Positions 47,843-59,781 of a stretch of 64,000 nucleotides of DNA are shown piece after piece (positions within the stretch are counted from its first letter, which is position 1; every line of letters starts with the position of its first letter). Made by a program: the position numbers and the translations under genes. Below the pieces are notes generated by a model. That model saw nothing but the letters and a program-made list of their open reading frames with translations. It was not told the origin of the DNA and did no database searches. The DNA is from Neodothiora populina (lineage: Eukaryota): the NCBI RefSeq assembly GCF_041146345.1, contig NW_027191413.1:2108001-2172000 (forward strand), in the 5' to 3' direction.

Positions 47843-48809
47843 TTCGAATGCGATGCGAGATCGATTTAGATCACTGGATAGTAGATAACGATTGTCAATG
47901 AGCCGTAGATTACAGTAGATGTGAAATAAATGATGAGGACAGAGGTTTGATATGTGTTCAGAATGACATGCGTAGTCCTGTTCTTAATGTACAACGTTCA
48001 CAACACGATTTGGTGGACTGATAGCCAGGAGCAATGCTTAATCCACAATCGATCCTACACTCTACCTTGATAAGGATACATCGAGAATACTGTTTGCAAG
48101 TCCTTACTTTACAAGCATAAGGACGGTAGCAAGCGGAGGTACTCACATAGAGTCACAAATACTGTATGGTACCTGCATATATTGGCTACAGGCCAATTTA
48201 AGTGGGCCAATATTGTATCTCTGCCCCACAATAGCGATAAGGTACAGGTAGGGAAGGTAGGCACAATCGCGACTTACAATACCTTATCCTTTGGACTCGT
48301 ACTGTACCTACCTAGACAGGATAAAAGACAACAAGCGTGGCGGGCCATCTTCATACAACGCTCACACGCTGTGAGTGATGAGCCACCCTGTATACCCCGC
48401 AATTCATTGGACATTGAAAACATCCACCTTTTCACGGAACACGAGGACAAGACAATTAGTACGATCAGTTAGTTGTTCAAACGTTCGTCAGCTGGATGGC
48501 TCAGTGTCTTGAAGGAGAGATCAGCTCTTGGTAGATATTGTAAATAGTTAGCAGACATATCTCGTATAGTCGTAGTTCTTATTGCTATAACGTTACTGCA
48601 GCGTGAATCTCGACGACTTCGGAGATCCAGACGACCCAAGTCTGGCATCTACTACCCGCGTGTCAAGCAGGCGCTAAAAGCCAAGAACAGAGAAAAATTA
48701 ACGTTAGTTCGTGCTTACATCGATCGTACAGCACAGCCGGCGTTCGAGAGCGACAGCATATTCCCGAGCCATCTCAAGGTCGGAGACGAGCAAACGCGTC
48801 GGATGATCT

Positions 48810-49767
48810 TCAAGTAGTCTTCTTAGACAGACCAAGCTTCTGGACCTGCTTGAATGCCTCTCCAGTAGCACTGACACTGTTGTATAACAAAACTATCATT
48901 TCCATGTCAGCACATGTCTACTTATTTGCGCATAAGGTAGACTCACTGCCGGGTATCACGATCCAGAAGAAGTTCATGAGAAAGTAGTAGCCCCAGAAGT
49001 AGTAAGCCTCGGGTCTCGAGTAAGTGATTCCCAGATAGTAGTGGTCGAAGAGACTAGTCGCGTAGTACAAGACGTCACCGTAGATTTGACCAAGAGACAC
49101 CATAGCCTGTAAGGGATGACGCAGAGGATGTTGAATAGCGATCATGGATGCGACAACGAATGACAGAGGACCCCAGCAAATCTGAATAATGTCAGTAACA
49201 TGTATGTCAAGGATCCAAACGTTCGCGGATTTCTATTCACTCACCGCAGTCATCGACTCCATACACAAGACAAATGCGTTCTGAGTAAGGTAACGCGAGT
49301 CGGAAAGCGCATACTCCTTCCATAGTTGGCCAAAGAGAGTCTGGAGCTCTCCCATTCGAGCCTGGTTCAAAGCATAGTAGCCTACATACAGGTCAGCATC
49401 GGAAGTCCGGACATGATTTAGACAGACACGATCCTCCTTACCTTCAAAGAAAAGATGTATACTTCCGCCTGAAGCAACGAGTCAGTATCTTGCACAAAGA
49501 GCGAGAGGCAGAAGTCGGAAACTTACTCAACACAAACCACATGACAGTGAGCACTTCATGAACAGGCATACGCGGTTGCACTCTTCTAATGATGATGTAA
49601 GTCATCCCGAAGATGACAGCGCATCCCGTCGAAAAGGCACCAAGCAGCGCCGGCACACTCCATTCATTAGCCAGATAGCCAGTTATTTCGACTTCAAGAG
49701 GATAGTAAGGGTGAGGTGGATGAGCAATCTTGCTCTTGTTGGCCGGGATATCTAGAGGGAGTGCCAT
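48810..49767 (-). CDS. Emopamil-binding-protein (EBP/EXPERA) sterol isomerase-like membrane protein, 5 exons, C-terminal KKTT ER-retrieval motif
   Basis: HPYYP, IHLFFEG, GQLWKEYALSDSRYL, VLCMES.TA, GQIYGDVLYY and MNFFWIVIP motifs. Ends ...SKKTT*. Confidence 0.9.
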
Positions 49768-50422
49768 GTTTGACGGGCTGAGATCGATCGGCGTTCCGGG
49801 TCCGGTAATCTACCTGGGGGACGGGAAAGATATGGAGAGAGGATAATCGAGTATGGTACAGTGAGCAAGCGAGAGCAGATCTACGTGATTGTTCACCAGA
49901 ACCAATCAAATAAATGAATAAGGTATAGCAATGGAGAAGAAGAGTTGGCGACAGTCCGGCGAAGAAACAGGAACAAGTTGGCAGCGAATGATGTAGAATG
50001 TATTGAGCAACGTGGTGTACCCGTAGCGCAAGGCATCTTTGGTTGTCGCGCTATGTGCTACATTTGATTTGTGGCTAGTGAGATCATCACTTGGCAGCTA
50101 CTCTAAAATGTTTGGGCGGGCGATGATTGGCCGGTTTTGGTCACGATCCCCAGATTATGGTCGCCTCGACACAAGCAGAGTGGGACCTTTCACCGAGGGA
50201 AAGATGGAGACGGTATGTCACGGAAGTTCATGTGAGAAACTAGTAGATTACCGATAGTAAGGGATGAACAATCAAGTCGCCGAGCATTGACAGACGATAT
50301 ATTATGTTGCTTCAATTCTTCAACAACGAAACTGCTACACGGCAATGACAAAAACTCCAAGCACTATGAATACAATCGCTAATTGTATTGAAAACACTGC
50401 TCGACAGACATTTGTTGTATTA

Positions 50423-51550
50423 CTAGACCGCACTGTAACCACCTCGCGATCCTGTCTGGACCGTGCTGACGAGAGACTTGCACCAGTCCATGAAAGCGTA
50501 GGGGAAGTCGCGAATGGTGTCGCCATGAGGCAGAAGATCCCAGCCTCGAGCGCCGTAGCGGTTGTAGTTCAGCCATGAGCCGAAGATGAGGTAGGCAGCT
50601 ACGACCATGAAGACACTATAGAGTATTAGTCGGGGATTCGCGGTTTCAGGGTTGGAGAGCAAGAGCGCGACTTACATGATAAGGAACCAAGTGAAGAAAC
50701 CCCAGTGGCTCGATCCATTATCAGATGGTTTGTGTTCGGTCTGGCCCTCACAAGCGTACTTGGTCCTCCAATTCAACCTGAGGACTTCAATTTGTCGATC
50801 GCCCTCGCCTTCAAGCTTGTAGCTGATGAGTTGCAGACTTGAGTCCTGCTCTTTGTCGTCGCCAGATTTGTCACCCTCATCCTTTCCGTCTTTTTCGTCT
50901 TTCTTGTCGTCGCCGTCCTTCTTGTCACCCTCTTCACGGACGCTGAGAAGTCCTTCTGTCTCCTCCTTCTCGTTGTCCTCCTCCTTCTCCCTTGAGTCAG
51001 CACCAACGCCTTCGAGTCCTGTCCTCTCAGCATCACAGACAAACTCAATGATGGCTCTCTGCTGTTGTCCACTGGACTTGTCAAAGGGATATCTGCCACC
51101 TTTCAACTCCACTCTCACTCCTTCTCTGTCAGCATCACCATGAGCGGCCGAGTTCTTTAGGCGAGTCAAGACAGGGTCGAGAGAACGGCCATTGGAGCTA
51201 GCGTATTCGCCAGCGATAGGAATGACTTTCCTGATGGTGCTAGAATTATCGGCCAGATTGTAGTCGTACTCGATGCCGCATACTCGAGTGCCGCCGGCGC
51301 ATTCGTCGGCCTTGGGCACTCCTTTCGTCCGTTGCAGGGGATTGCAAATGTCGACGGTGAATGTCGTGTTTGTAAGACTGGGAGGTGTTTCTTCAATAAG
51401 TGAAACGGAGCGAGGCCCGCCGAGTTCGCTCAGATCAAAGGACTGGCCATCCACCCGGATATGCTTGCAGTCTAGCGTGACAGCAGATACAAGAGCAGGT
51501 AGCAATAAGAGAGCCGATGGTAGGCTGAAGTTGAGCGAGTGTGGTCGCAT
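50423..51550 (-). CDS. ATG27: Autophagy protein Atg27 (MRH domain, type I membrane protein); intron 50675-50616
   Basis: Signal peptide, W.TKYAC, WGFFTWFLI|IVF TM segment, YNRYGARGWDLLPH and terminal GGYSAV* (YXXphi sorting motif). Confidence 0.93.
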
Positions 51551-52463
51551 GGCTGCCTAGATTATCAAGCAGGCGGAGGTGTTCGCTGCGGACTGTGCGG
51601 AATGACCGAGGAAGGCTCGAACTAAGATGCGCAATGCAGAGGTTTGAGTCTCGGCTAGAAGATGTGCAAAACAAGAAGAACAGAAGGAGAATGTTAATGA
51701 TGTGAGAAAAGAGCTTTGGTGGATTGATGAGATAATGCCGGAGATAGATGGAGGGAAGAGGAAGAGAGAAGTTAAAACAGCCGGAACGTAGCCAAGGACG
51801 TTGATCCAGCCGGACGGATCTATGCTCTATTGAAACAGAGACATAATCACAGAGAGAAGTGCCAAGAAGAGTGCCTGACTTCGAATTGATTCCAGCTAAG
51901 GTGATTTTCTCGCCGATAGCGTGTGAGCAGCTCAAGGTACGGTGTAAGCACTCAAACAGCTTAGTTAGTACGGTGATAGCAAGGCAGTAGGTAGAAAAGC
52001 ACTGGCAGCAATTATATGAAGCATGAAGCACCTGCCAACACGAATGGAGGTGGACAATAATGCGGTCTGCCGCTGCGCTGCTGTGTCTTCCTCCTTGGTG
52101 CTGTAAAGTCCTGTTCGGGTTTCCAAGCCACGCAGGGCACACACCAGAGTTTGCACTTGTAATTACTGTGGTTGATTATTTCTGTAAGCTACCATTGCTA
52201 TTACTGTACAATACGAGGAAGCACAGATTACAGTATTGTCGCACGCCCGCATAGCGTCGAAGTGTGGGAGCTCTTTCTCCGCCACTACTACCTTACTGAC
52301 TGTACTGTATTCTGGGTACTGCACTGTATACGCCAAATTAATCTGCTATACCTGGCGTCACTGCTTCACTCTACCATCACCACCACAGCCCACAGTCCAC
52401 GCATGGTATACTGCCTGAGACGACATCAACGAATACATCGACCACAACATCTTCACAGAAAAA

Positions 52464-53449
52464 ATGTCTAGGAACGCAAGAATAGAGGAAGTGTCCGACA
52501 GCGACTCGGACCCCTCAGACATGGATCCCTCGGACTTTGACCCATCCAACATAATGCAATCCATCATGAACCCAGCGGACGTAGCAGCAGCGACGGCGCC
52601 GTCACCTCAACAGTCGTCCGCTGGCCAGCCTTTCTCCTCGCCCATGCTGCAGCCCCACCTGTCTGGACGTCCGCCCGCCTCGCAAGCTGCCGACCGTGAA
52701 CGCACAAAACACTACCAGTGTCTCTATCCAATCTACTTTGACAGCACGCGCTCGCGCGCAGAGGGTAGACGGGTGGGTAAGGAGCAGGGAGTGGCGAATC
52801 CGTTGGCGCAGGATATCGCGCAGGCTGTCTCGCAGATGGCAGTCGCCGGTCAGGTTGTCTTTGAGCCTGGGAAGGTTCATCCCAAGGACTGGGCCAATCC
52901 TGGTCGGGTGAGGGTTCTGATCAAGGAGAATGGAAAGCCTGTTGGCAGAGGGGGCATCAAGAACAGTGAGTCACTTTGCTTTCTTTTCTGATTGCACGAG
53001 AAGCCACCATGCTCTTACATTGTTGATCATCGTCTGATAACGATGGGGATTTTTATTACATACTCGATACTGATATATTCGTCTTTCTTACAGAACACCA
53101 TTTGTACAACTTGGTCGCGGAGTATCTTCGTGATCACCCGACAACCCAGGAATCCGCCAGTAGACTCCGCATCGCCGGACTCCCTCCGCCAACCAAGCCG
53201 ATCCCTCCCCCAGCCGCGCCCAAAGGTTGGAAGATGGGTACCATATTACCATTACATTCACCAGCCCTGAGCGGAGGCGGTGTCAACGAGAACTATCTCA
53301 AGGATATGATGGCCGAAATGCAAGGCCAAGGAGGAATGCCCGGAATGCCTGGAATGCCTGACCTGCCTCCTGGTATGTTGGGAGGTGGTGCAGGTGCCTC
53401 GGATTCGGGAGCCCCCAAGAAAAAGGATAAGAAGAAGACAAAGTCATAG
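52464..53449 (+). CDS. SEC65: Signal recognition particle subunit SRP19/Sec65; intron 52966-53093
   Basis: CLYPIYFD..RSRAEGRRV, HPKDWANPGRVRV, IKNK|HHLY and ILPLHSPA motifs, with a Lys-rich end. Confidence 0.93.
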
Positions 53450-53533
53450 AAATTCCACCCAGCCATTATTTGATACCCGTTACTAAACGCCTGTCCTGAT
53501 GCTCGCAAAATGCTTCCGTAATCATTTGTCTCT

Positions 53534-54766
53534 TCAAGTGGTCTTGAGGACCTTGGGGGAGGGAGCTCTGTGTTGAAGACGCGGTCCCAGAAGCGGCTGG
53601 TGACACCGAAGCCGTTCTCGTAATCGGCGAAGTGGTGCTGCAGGTGGTACTTCTTGAGGTCGCGCCAGTAGGCAGGAAGACTAGGAGACGAGTCAGTAAT
53701 AACGAATGGGGATCAGTGTCGGTTTTGCGTACCTTTTGTGGTGGAGGAAGTAGTGAGTCAGATCGTAGCAAATGTAGCCAAAGATACCACCGCAGAAAAC
53801 CGCGGTCGCGGCATACCAGTTGTACGCGAACACGGCCTGTGCGAGATACCAGAAAGGTGTGGCGAGAACGATGAACAGGGTTGGGGGCATGACCAGGCGT
53901 AGGCGGTCCATTGGCAGGTAGTGGTGAATACCGTGTAGCAGGAAATGAAGAGTAAGACCAACGCGGTTGTCAGGTAAGTAGTGGTCGATGTGGAAGAGGA
54001 AACGGTGCAGTCCGTACTCAACAAGAGTCCAGATGCAGAGACCGACCACCCAGTAAGCAGGCAATGAGAGCGCATTCAGTCCTTGACTGGCCACGTATGT
54101 GCCGTAGGCGACAGGTGGAAGCCAAACCGTGGGTACGACCCACCAGGGAGTCTTTGTCAGAGGCTCGAGGAAGTTGCCAAACAGCGGGGCGGATGCACCA
54201 CCTTTGTAGTGGCGCGGCCTGTGCACCTGTTCGAGGTAGAACTCTTTGGTGAACCCACCAAACCAAACCTGCTTCAACAAAGGCTCGTTCAAGTTGAGAA
54301 ATTTGTATGTCTTGTAATCACCTGAGAGATCGGTCTCCTTGTTCAGGTCCTCTGCGCAAGACATGCCAGTGCTTGCATAAATGGGACGTGTCTCTCCGGG
54401 TACATCGACACCGTCGCGCTCAAGCTCTTCCTTGCCAGCTTTCGTTGGGGGCAGAGGCACGATTCCGCTCGGGTTCTCACTGTGAGCGACAGTCTTCATA
54501 ACGGGCTCGTTGGCGACAAAGCCTATATGGTACTCGTCAAGCATTTCCCATGCGGACTCAGAGTGGTAGTGCGAGGCTTCGTCGTCCATGATTTCCTTGA
54601 CATCTTTGCCTCCGTATTCGAGGATCAGGTCGCCGCCACCGGGGTGGTCCTCCAGAAAAGTAGTGACATCAAAGACCTTGGTGCCGACGGTAACAAAGCA
54701 GGCCTTGGCTGTGTTCTTTGAGGCCACATCGGCCTCGGGGATGGTAGGTAACATGACACCGGGCAT
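53534..54766 (-). CDS. SCS7: Sphingolipid fatty-acid 2-hydroxylase with cytochrome b5 domain; 3' end affected by an apparent frameshift (as sequenced, the frame runs on to 53293)
   Basis: HPGG b5 motif, QVHRPRHY, EYGLHRFLFH, HGIHH, HYFLHH and, after the intron, KKYHLQHHF...GFGVTSRFWDRVF. Confidence 0.92.
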
Positions 54767-55812
54767 GGTTGCTGTAGGGTGGCGAGTCAATCCGGAGATC
54801 AAAACAGACAAAATCCGGAGAAAGACACGACAACGTTACTACTCCAGAAATCGAAAAGGGTAGAGAGAGGGATAAAGTAGGTAAAAGACGGATAGGAAAG
54901 GATGTTCAATGTTGATATATACAGACAAAGACCTTTTCACTCCTGGAAAGTTAACCTAGTGGCGAGACTGGGCGAGACGTCAGACCACAGGAGAAGAGAT
55001 TGGGAGATTACCGTTGGCTACACACTACGAGAACCCTGAACGAGCTCGGCTTGTCTGGGTGTGAAAATGCACAAGACCGAGCCGCTGCTCTCCAGATTCC
55101 ACATTCGGCTGGTCGAGCCCTGACCTTTGCCTTCAGGCGGCTTCAGGATTCTCTCGAATATAGGGAGGCTTCTCCCTCGCCTGCGCACTGTGAGCTGTTT
55201 GACGGGTTTTGTTTCTGAAAAGCCAGTAGAGTGTCTGATCCAGGATCCTCCGCTGTCCCCGAAGCACAGAGCTTGCCCGCTCGAGCTCAGCCCTGGCGGG
55301 TAATCCTTTCGGCCTGTTCCATGGCCTCCTTGGGCTCTCGAGTTGTGATTGTGACATGCACGACTTTTCGGCACGGACGACGTTGTCTCAAACTCCCGAT
55401 GGCTCCGAGCGGCTGTCTCCGAGAGTTTGCTGCATTTGCTCTTTTTTCTCGTTCTTTCCCCACATGCAACTTTCAGTGTGTCCGACAAGTGGCAGGCGCA
55501 GATGAACTTCATTTGATCCCTTGAAGTTCATGTTCAGCACAACCGCGCTACACTCTGCCGCTACAATACAGTTACCACTTCACTTACGCTTGCGATTCTA
55601 ACATTGCACGAAGCCACAAGTGTAGTCCCAACGGTAGATATTTGCCACTGCAAGAAAGTGAACATTACTATCGCATTTCCACCGCCCATCTTGACATCTT
55701 CCACCTTGTCTCTCGCGTCAATCACACGCGCCGTAATCTGAAGAAGAGAGGACCTAGTATCACACAGTCCTATTAGAGTCGAAGCAAGAAGCATCAACAG
55801 AATCTTCCAGTC

Positions 55813-57706
55813 ATGGGAGCGATGGGCATTTCCGCCGAGGAGCTTGTTGAGGGGTACATGTTCGCTCAAGAACAGCAGAAGCCAGAGACCCCCAGCAACG
55901 ACATTCATGAACAGCGCAAAGGAGGACGCGATTCGGAGCGTCCAAGGTCCAGCCGTGGTCCGACGACGGATCGCGATGATGGCAAGGACACCAGTGATAT
56001 TGCCTCTGCTAATGGTAGCGTAAGGAGCAGACGCCACAGAAGTCCGATGGACCGTCCTCGTGATTCACGTCGTTCTTCTCGTGACCGTCGCCATGATACT
56101 TATCGCACATCTGGCGGTGACCACTATCGTGGTGGAGGCCGTGGCAGAACCCGATCGCCATCTGGTGACGACAGACATTACCGACCTTCAAACCGTCGCG
56201 ATGACAGAGACAGACACCCAAGACGCGATAGAGACAGACACTCCCCTCGCGACCTCGACCGCCGCGACCGTGATAGAGAGCGTGATCGCGACTCGCACCG
56301 CGCACCAAGAGCGCGTAACAGCTCACCAACTAGGGCCAGAACTCCCGAGCCGACCGACGATGAGCGTGATCGCCGCACTGTCTTCGTACAGCAGCTCGCC
56401 GCGCGTCTTAGGACCAGGGATCTTGAATCCTTCTTCTCTAAAGTAGGCCCCGTTAAAGAAGCCCAGATCGTCAAGGACAGAGTCAGTGGACGTTCCAAAG
56501 GGTATGTAGTTTTGATTGCTCAAACACAGTACATGTTGAAGCTAACTCTATTTGCAGAGTTGGATACGTGGAGTTCAAGGAAGAGGAATCTGTACAGAAA
56601 GCGCTTGGTCTTACTGGCCAGAAGCTTCTCGGTATTCCAGTCATTGTTCAACTGACAGAGGCCGAGAAGAACAGACAAGCCCGCATTACCGATGGTGCTC
56701 CAACCCAGTCTAACGGCATTCCCTTTCACAGGCTCTACGTCGGCAACATTCACTTTTCTGTCACAGAGGAGGATCTCAATGCAGTTTTCTCCCCATTTGG
56801 AGAGCTGGAGTTTGTTCAGCTGCAAAAGGAGGATGCTGGTCGCAGCAAGGGATACGGCTTTGTTCAGTAAGTGCTGTTCATGTTGATCGTTTACACCATA
56901 GGCTAACACTGAGACAATAGGTATGTTGACCCTACTCACGCTAAAGAAGCATTGAAGGACATGAATGGCTTTGAAATCGCAGGTCGCCCCATTCGTGTTG
57001 GACTCGGCAGCGACAAGTTCACTCCAGAGTCTACCGCCAACCTGTTGCACCGCTTTAGCAACCAGAACTCTGCATTCCAAGGCTCTGCCTTCTCCGGCTC
57101 TGGTGGTCGAGGTGCTCATGCCGGAGGCAACAACAACTTTGATCGCGCAGGTGGTCGTGAGGAGAAGGGTACCGGTGGAGCCAGTGCTCTTGATGATGCT
57201 GACGTCGGCGGAGTAAACTTCAATAACTTCAGCCGTGATTCGTTGATGAGAAAGCTGGCTAGAACTGAGGATCCCGCCCCCGCTCAAGCTCAGGCTCCCG
57301 CAAGCCGTCCTCGCGTCGACCTTGGAAAGGCCGCCGCCCACGGGCCCAACCCTAGCCGCTGCATCGTGGTCAAGAACGCCTACAATGAAGCCGAGTGAGT
57401 TGCATTGCTTACATAAAATCAACACATTGCTGACCAGTTTCTAGGGAAACCGAACCCAACTGGGTCAAAGACCTTGAAGATGACTTCCGTGATGAGTGCA
57501 CCCAGAAATATGGCCGTGTTGTGCACATTGGACTCTTCCGCGACAGCCAGGACGGAGAGATCTATGTCAAGTTTGCCGACCTTGCTGGCGGCGACAACGC
57601 CCTCAAGGGGCTCAACGGCAGGTACTTTGGTGGTCGTACACTGACGGCTCAGCCAGTCGTCGATGCTGTCTACAACATGAACTTCCCCAAGGCCGCATCA
57701 CTCTGA
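55813..57706 (+). CDS. rsd1: RBM39/CAPER-type splicing factor (RS/RD region + 3 RRMs, last UHM-like), 4 exons
   Basis: [54 protein letters not shown] and LNGRYFGGR motifs. Confidence 0.9.
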
Positions 57707-59781
57707 TCGGGTAGGTCATCGAACCTCATGACACTTCTCTGATACAGATCTTCAAATCATCCGGCTAAGCCATGACACGCTGTCTAGCTTTCGAAGTCGC
57801 AAAGGTAAAATGCTTTGTTTGCTGCGCGCGGCTGCTTCCTCTTCTTCATTGCGACAGGGCCTCGCCACCCTGATTTGTTTTACCTCGTCCCCCAAGTGTA
57901 TTTCCCCAACTCACACACCTACATCTTGTATCTGCCTGCTCCTTTTTCTCTGCATGGGATACGGTGGGAAGGAAGAAGGGATTCTTGCGGGGGGTTTAAA
58001 GAAGACCGCACAGGAGTCATGCGGCGTTCGTCTATAAAGGCGCCCGCTTGAAACGTTCGAAATTGATCAACAACAGGGGCAAAATCCTGGGCAAATGGGC
58101 GACTCCGAAGATGAGGACGACAGAAAATTGATTTTGCAGAGAGAGATTAGAGAGTGTTCAGAGCAACACTCATAAAACTGCTGTCAATGACAAGAGACGC
58201 GATGATAGCTTTGATGTTCTAGTTGATACCAGTCAAAAGACAGCTTACGCGAACACAAAATGGAAGATAAAATCATCACCTCCTTTTACTATTTCCCTTG
58301 TATGCGGCTCTTAGAATAAATACATCCTGCAACGTTTACTACATAAGGCGCACGGCATGCACATAACCGCAAGCCTTCCACCTAGAGAGTTGTAGAAAAC
58401 CCGCAATAGCAGCAGCGAATAGTCGAGCTTCCCATCTAATTCTCGTCTTATGACCTAGAGTAGAAGACCTCCGTCTTCTCGTTCGCTAGAGGAAAAAAAA
58501 GCTAGTAGATAATGCAGTCGAGCTTACCATTTTACATTTCTCTTTTTATCAATCACCGTATCAAAGATCATCAAGACAAAGGAGCTCATTTCCAACGCTA
58601 AGAACATACCTTATCCTGTACAGCGTCCCTCCTCCTTTCTATGTCAGGACAACTGAGCGAACACAGCCTGGTTTATAGTGTTAAAATAAGGTGTATTGAG
58701 TTCCTACTTACGTTGGAAATATTAGTAACGAAGGATAATCAGGCATCTGTTTAGCAGAAAAAACATGTTTTATGCTTTACTGACTTATTTGAAGTAATGA
58801 AATTTCCTTTTCGATGGTCCAGCTATATCTTGTGAGTAAGTAGCCAGCATGTCGCGGTATTGCCCATCAGAGTCCAAGTCGATTCTGAATAGAGATAAGT
58901 GGAATTTTCACATACACTGGTCAAGCAGCACAAGGACAGACAAGTACTGGTAGGAAAAGCAGATGACAAGGACAGATGAAAAAAGTATGATTGTATTCGT
59001 AGCGGTTCCACTTTTGACTCTCCCCTTCTTCTCACTGTGTTGATGAAAACCCAGCAGTTCAAGAGGAGAGTGAAGATATAGGAGAGACCTTATTGTAGAG
59101 AAGAAGCCAAAAAAAAGGGCAGAGTAGAGAAGCAAAAAGAACGCCGTTTGCCTGTGTCCGTTACGGCAGTAAGGGCATAGTGGAAGAATAGTAGAAGAAG
59201 AGAAGAAGAAGAAAAAACCGGATCTAAAGACGTAGCCCTCAGTCTTTGATCGTCTTCGCCGGTGTTGCCCCTTTTCGGACCTCCTTAGTGTAGTATATAT
59301 CGAGAATCCTAAGCCAGCCTTTCCGTTTACCGTGCCGTCCCCCGTGCCCATTCTGGGTTTCTTCCTGGTCCCAGACAGGGAAGAAGGTGTTTAGTCCTCT
59401 CTTTTGGTTTTGGTAATCTTGTCATGTATCCTCGTAAATGATTGGAAAGAAAAAACAAAAGGAAATTTTCCAGTCCGTTCCGTCGATAAATGGAACATGT
59501 CTTTGTTTCAAGAGGTGCTTGGTTGTAGCCAGTACCTGCACATTGCGTGCCATCGACCTGCTCGTCCGAGATCCTGCAACACGGATATAGTGGCGTGCAT
59601 ACAGCCGCTTTCCTCATGCCGTGACAGTGATGGCATTCCAGAGACCTTCCAAATCTGATAGAGATCGACGGTGACTCTGGGTCACAGAGCCGGTCGCTCC
59701 GGTAACACTGACCGCTCATGTCGCAACGAAATGGCTCAACTCGTCCTCGGACGCATCTGTCATGGCGCACGATGTGGCTCG

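Noticed and set aside
51435..52142. 235-aa minus-strand ORF upstream of ATG27
   Set aside because: Non-ATG start, composition typical of UTR/promoter, and overlaps ATG27 out of frame.
55000..55530. GC-balanced stretch between SCS7 and rsd1, considered as SRP RNA, RNase P/MRP RNA or a gene relic
   Set aside because: I could not find the conserved SRP helix-8, RNase P/MRP CR-I/CR-V or telomerase template motifs by eye, and its ORFs are short and featureless. An Infernal/Rfam scan would be decisive.
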